Assembly (NCBI GenBank): GCA_036390715.1
Contig: DASWBG010000115.1
Location: 13,610-77,609, forward strand
DNA from: Gemmatimonadaceae bacterium
GTDB lineage: Bacteria > Gemmatimonadota > Gemmatimonadetes > Gemmatimonadales > Gemmatimonadaceae
Direction: 5' to 3'
DNA: 64,000 nucleotides
This document shows positions 60,151-64,000 of the stretch, in pieces (position 1 is the first letter of the stretch; every line of letters starts with the position of its first letter). Below the pieces are notes generated by a model. It was not told the origin of the DNA, made no database searches, and saw only the letters and a program-made list of their open reading frames with translations. Made by a program: the position numbers and the translations under genes.

Positions 60151-60828
60151 GTGAACCTCAACCTCCCGAACACGATCACGGCCGGCCGGATACTCGCCGC
60201 GCCATTCATCGCAGCACTGCCCTTCATTGCGTCGCCTGGCGCGAGACTCGCCGCATTCGTTCTCTATATCATCGCGGCGGTGACCGACTACTACGACGGG
60301 AAGCTGGCGCGCACGCGTAATCTCATCACGGATCTTGGCCGGCTCCTCGATCCGCTCGCCGACAAGTTGCTCCTGTTCGCGACACTGATTCCGATGTTCG
60401 TGCTGATGGCGCCACCCAACGACCCGCTGGTTCCCACGCGCGCCGAGAGCATCGACGCTGCCCGACTACAGTTTGCAACTCCCTTTGGGCCAGTCGGACT
60501 GCCATGGTGGATAGTGGCAATCGTAATCGGCCGAGAGATCTTCATGACCGTTTTCCGCCACGCCGCCGCGCGTCGCGGCGTCGTCATCTCGGCGATACCG
60601 ATTGCGAAATGGAAGACCGGGTTCCAATCGGTTTGGGTCGGCTCCGCCTACTTCTGGTTTTTTGCGGCGACGCTGGCGAGAGCCGAATTGTGGACCAGCG
60701 CCGCCTGGCGCGCGTTCGCTAACTTCAATGGCATCGTCGGAACGATCACGATGGTCGCATCAGTATTCCTCACGCTTTTCTCTCTCGGCATCTATCTTCG
60801 GCGCTACGCCGGGGTATTCGCACCTTGA
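60151..60828 (+). CDS. pgsA: CDP-alcohol phosphatidyltransferase (PgsA-like)
   Basis: NLPN.IT, TDYYDGKLAR..GRLLDPLADK, GRE, KWKT. Confidence 0.9.
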   Translation: MNLNLPNTITAGRILAAPFIAALPFIASPGARLAAFVLYIIAAVTDYYDGKLARTRNLITDLGRLLDPLADKLLLFATLIPMFVLMAPPNDPLVPTRAESIDAARLQFATPFGPVGLPWWIVAIVIGREIFMTVFRHAAARRGVVISAIPIAKWKTGFQSVWVGSAYFWFFAATLARAELWTSAAWRAFANFNGIVGTITMVASVFLTLFSLGIYLRRYAGVFAP

Positions 60829-62099
60829 GCTCTCTCCAGGTCGAGCTGATCACCATTGGTGACGAGCTCCTCCTCGGCTTCACGATAGATACGAACGCCG
60901 CGCACATATCGCGCACCCTGGCGGCGGCCGGCGTCGAGATCGTTCGTCGCACCACTGTCGGCGACGAGGCCGACAGGATCGCAAGTGCGGTGCGCGAAGC
61001 GCTCGACCGGACCGGCGCCGTGATAACGACCGGTGGACTCGGACCCACGAGCGACGATCTCACCAAGCCCGCGATCGCGAAGATCTTCGGCCGGAAGATG
61101 AAACTGGACGAGGAGATCATGTCCGCCCTCGAGCAACGGTGGAGGACGCGATTTCCCAACAGCGCTTTCCCCGCGACGAACCGGACGCAGGCGGAGATTC
61201 CCGAGGGCGCACGGATTCTCGCCAACCGTCATGGTACGGCACCGGGGATCTGGCTCGAGGATGAAAAGGGTCGATGGGTTGCAATGATGCCGGGCGTCCC
61301 CCGCGAGATGCGTGGAATGCTCGCCGAGGAACTGGTGCCGGCCATCAAGTCGCAGGCGAAGGGTTCGGAGAGCGTCATTCTCTCCGGAACGCTGCGGACG
61401 ACCGGCATCGCTGAGTCGGCGATCGCGGAGCTGCTGGGACCGAATTTCCTGGGGGAGGCCGGCACTGAGCTGGGATCGCTTCCCCTTGCCTACCTGCCTG
61501 GGGTCGCGGGCGTCGATCTTCGGGTCACGGTGAAGGGATTGCCCCGAGCCCGCGCGGAGAAGCTCGCAAAGGAAGCAATACTGAAACTACGGGCCAGGGT
61601 ATCGGCGTACGCCTATGGAGAAGACGATGCGGACCTCGCGGCAGTCGTGCTCGACAAATGCCGTTCTCTCGGGCTCACGCTCGCGGTCGCCGAGAGCTGC
61701 ACCGGTGGGATGCTGGGCGAGAGAATCACGAACATTCCAGGGTCGAGCGATGTCTTTCTTGGCGGCATCATCGCCTATCACAATGACGTGAAGCGGGAAG
61801 CGCTCGGCGTCCGCGGCGAAGACATCGAACGTTACGGAGCAGTGAGCGAGCAGGTGGCGCTGCAGATGGCGTCGGGTGTTCGCGAAAGAATGGCTGCCGA
61901 CATCGGGGTTTCGGTGACGGGGATTGCCGGGCCCGGTGGTGGTACCTTGGACAAACCTGTCGGGCTCGTTTGGATTAGTGTACATGGAACCGACGCCAAG
62001 GCACGGCGCTTCCATATGGTTGGAGATCGCGCGGAGATCAGGCAGCGGGCTGCCCAGGCGGCGCTGGAGATGGTGCGGCGTTCTCTCTCAAACGGTTAA
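60825..62099 (+). CDS. cinA: Competence/damage-inducible protein CinA (with PncC domain)
   Basis: IGDELLLG, GGLGPTSDDLT, AESCTGG, GAVS, TGIAGPGG. Confidence 0.95.
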   Translation: MSSLQVELITIGDELLLGFTIDTNAAHISRTLAAAGVEIVRRTTVGDEADRIASAVREALDRTGAVITTGGLGPTSDDLTKPAIAKIFGRKMKLDEEIMSALEQRWRTRFPNSAFPATNRTQAEIPEGARILANRHGTAPGIWLEDEKGRWVAMMPGVPREMRGMLAEELVPAIKSQAKGSESVILSGTLRTTGIAESAIAELLGPNFLGEAGTELGSLPLAYLPGVAGVDLRVTVKGLPRARAEKLAKEAILKLRARVSAYAYGEDDADLAAVVLDKCRSLGLTLAVAESCTGGMLGERITNIPGSSDVFLGGIIAYHNDVKREALGVRGEDIERYGAVSEQVALQMASGVRERMAADIGVSVTGIAGPGGGTLDKPVGLVWISVHGTDAKARRFHMVGDRAEIRQRAAQAALEMVRRSLSNG

Positions 62100-62108
62100 C
62101 TTAGACAC

Positions 62109-62762
62109 ATGGGTAGACACTCGAGAAAGAAAGGCGAGAACCCCTCACCTCCGGATCAGGATGCGATGGGCTCGGCCGACGACTATGCGCCAGGAGGATC
62201 CGCGAGCCAGGGTGACGGCCAGGGCGGCGATCCACCGTTCAGCGAATCGTCCGATCCGGCGGCCGACTCAGGCGCAGCGACCGCTGCAGCTGAATCCGCC
62301 ACCCCTAGCGCGAGCCGGGGGGAATCTGATCTGCCTGGTGAGCGCGACAAATACCTTAGACTTGCGGCCGAGTACGACAATTATCGAAAGCGCGCCGCGA
62401 AAGAGCGTCAGGACGCTGGCGCCCGCGCCCAAGCCGATCTCGTTCGACAACTGGTCGAAGCGCTCGATGACGTGGCGCGGTTCGCGCACGTCGACCCCGC
62501 TACGACCGACGCCGGGACGATCGTACAGGGCGTAGACATGGTGGAGAAAAAGCTGCTCAAAGCACTCGGCAACGCCGGGCTCGAGGTAATCAATCCCGTC
62601 GGGGAGACCTTCGACCCGGCGCTGCACGAAGCGGTTGCAACAGAGCCCACGTCAGCGCGAGAAGACGATCACGTCGTTTCGCGCGTCTATCAGCCCGGGT
62701 ACCTCTTCAAGTCCCAGCTTCTTCGACCCGCGCGGGTGGTAGTGAAGCAGTGGAACGGCTGA
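62109..62762 (+). CDS. grpE: Nucleotide exchange factor GrpE
   Basis: AEYDNYRKR, FDPALHEAV, GY..LRPARVVV. Confidence 0.95.
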   Translation: MGRHSRKKGENPSPPDQDAMGSADDYAPGGSASQGDGQGGDPPFSESSDPAADSGAATAAAESATPSASRGESDLPGERDKYLRLAAEYDNYRKRAAKERQDAGARAQADLVRQLVEALDDVARFAHVDPATTDAGTIVQGVDMVEKKLLKALGNAGLEVINPVGETFDPALHEAVATEPTSAREDDHVVSRVYQPGYLFKSQLLRPARVVVKQWNG

Positions 62763-62785
62763 CCGCGCGCCCGCGCTGACCGTCC

Positions 62786-63934
62786 ATGCCACCGACGAAA
62801 GATTTCTACTCCGTACTCGGCGTAAGCTCCAGCGCCTCCCAGGACGAGATCAAGAAGGCGTATCGCAAGCTCGCGAAGAAGCACCATCCCGACGCCAACG
62901 CGGCAGACCCGAAGGCAGCGGAGCGCTTCAAGGAGATCTCGGAGGCGAATAACGTCTTAGGCGATCCCGAGAAACGGAAGCAGTACGACGAGATGCGCCG
63001 GCTCGGCGCCTTCGATGGTGGTGGATTCGGTGGATTTGGAGGCGGCGGCAGATCGTCGCGCGGCGCTGGAGCATATGGAGGTGCCGGTGGCGGCGGACCG
63101 ACCATCAACTTCCAGGACTTCGACATCGGCGGCCTCGGCGGGCTGGGCGATCTCTTCAGCTCGATGTTCGGTGGCGGTGACACGCGCGAGACCGCGCGTC
63201 AACGCGGACCTGAGAAGGGGCAAACGGTCGAGGCAACGCTCGATATTCCCTTCCGCACGGCCGCGCGTGGTGGAAAGGTTCCGATCGATCTCGAGGTTAG
63301 CGAAGAGTGCCCCACGTGCCACGGTACGGGTGCAGCTCCCGGGGCGTCGCTCAAGATTTGCCCGGAGTGCAACGGTCGCGGTGTGATCTCGTTTGGGCAG
63401 GGCGGCTTTGCCGTGAATCGCACGTGTCCGGTGTGCCTTGGTCGCGGACAGGTTCCGACCGAGGCGTGTCCGACGTGTCATGGCACCGGCGACGTCCGTG
63501 CCAAGCGAAAGGTTTTGATCAACGTCCCTGCAGGCGTCGACACCGGCTCGAAGATCAGGTTGAAGGGACAGGGCGGCAAAGGACCGCAGGGAGGACCGGC
63601 GGGTGATCTCATCATCACCTTCAACGTGCTCGCCGACAAATTCTATCGGCGCGACGGACTCGACGTGATCGCTACCGTGCCGCTCAACATTGCGCAAGCG
63701 ACGCTTGGCACCAAGATCAGCGTACGCACGCTCGCGGGGAAAAAAGTCGCGATCAAGATTCCGCCGGGAACTCCATCGGGGAAACGATTCCGCGTGCGAG
63801 GGCAGGGAATCCAGAAGGGCGAGAAGAAAGGCGATCTGATCGTCGAGGTATCGATCCAGGTTCCTGAGAAGCTGTCCGAGGAACAGGAACGGATGATGAA
63901 GGAATTCGCAGAATCCGGCGGTTTGAAGTACTGA
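62786..63934 (+). CDS. dnaJ: Chaperone DnaJ
   Basis: HPD motif, G/F-rich region, four CxxCxGxG repeats. Confidence 0.97.
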   Translation: MPPTKDFYSVLGVSSSASQDEIKKAYRKLAKKHHPDANAADPKAAERFKEISEANNVLGDPEKRKQYDEMRRLGAFDGGGFGGFGGGGRSSRGAGAYGGAGGGGPTINFQDFDIGGLGGLGDLFSSMFGGGDTRETARQRGPEKGQTVEATLDIPFRTAARGGKVPIDLEVSEECPTCHGTGAAPGASLKICPECNGRGVISFGQGGFAVNRTCPVCLGRGQVPTEACPTCHGTGDVRAKRKVLINVPAGVDTGSKIRLKGQGGKGPQGGPAGDLIITFNVLADKFYRRDGLDVIATVPLNIAQATLGTKISVRTLAGKKVAIKIPPGTPSGKRFRVRGQGIQKGEKKGDLIVEVSIQVPEKLSEEQERMMKEFAESGGLKY

Positions 63935-63975
63935 CCCGCTGGCATCCCATGTAAGCTTGTATTGATTTCAATCCC

Positions 63976-64000
63976 ATGAGAATCGGAATTCTCGGAACCG
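63976..64000 (+). CDS. Start of a Rossmann-fold NAD(P)-binding protein (truncated)
   Basis: MRIGILGT at the window edge. Confidence 0.5.

Noticed and set aside
62109-63934. grpE-dnaJ without dnaK/hrcA
   Set aside because: Split chaperone operons are common, dnaK may lie elsewhere, and no CIRCE repeat was seen.

Overview
GC-rich bacterial chromosomal segment, densely coding and mostly housekeeping. Gene content (alpha2-type GlyRS, class II RNR, mglBA next to dnaX-recR, YpdA) fits Gemmatimonadota, which is an inference. Main blocks: a sensor kinase cut by the window edge, purA, ypdA, glyQS, peptidases; a cluster encoding a hypothetical protein, a ubiquitin-like protein, an HDAC-family deacylase, an orphan GvpL/F-like protein, a Zn-ribbon Ser/Thr kinase, an epimerase and priA; an ABC exporter/kinase/receiver/phosphodiesterase operon; ggt; a peptidoglycan-recycling block (murQ-anmK-nagZ-ampG, amidase, peptidase-propeller-barrel protein); nrdJ; tal-pyk-pgi-fba followed by a sigma54 module; and SRP RNA-dnaX-ybaB-recR-mglB-mglA-pgsA-cinA-grpE-dnaJ. 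I found no rRNA, tRNA, CRISPR array, transposase or prophage. The best candidates for novelty are the ubiquitin-fold protein in a PTM-enzyme neighbourhood, two copies of a ~270-bp palindromic element built from short repeats, a pseudo-kinase next to an NtrC-type activator, an SRP RNA with a pentaloop, and patterns of non-canonical and leaderless starts. All family calls come from motifs recognised by eye; no searches were run.
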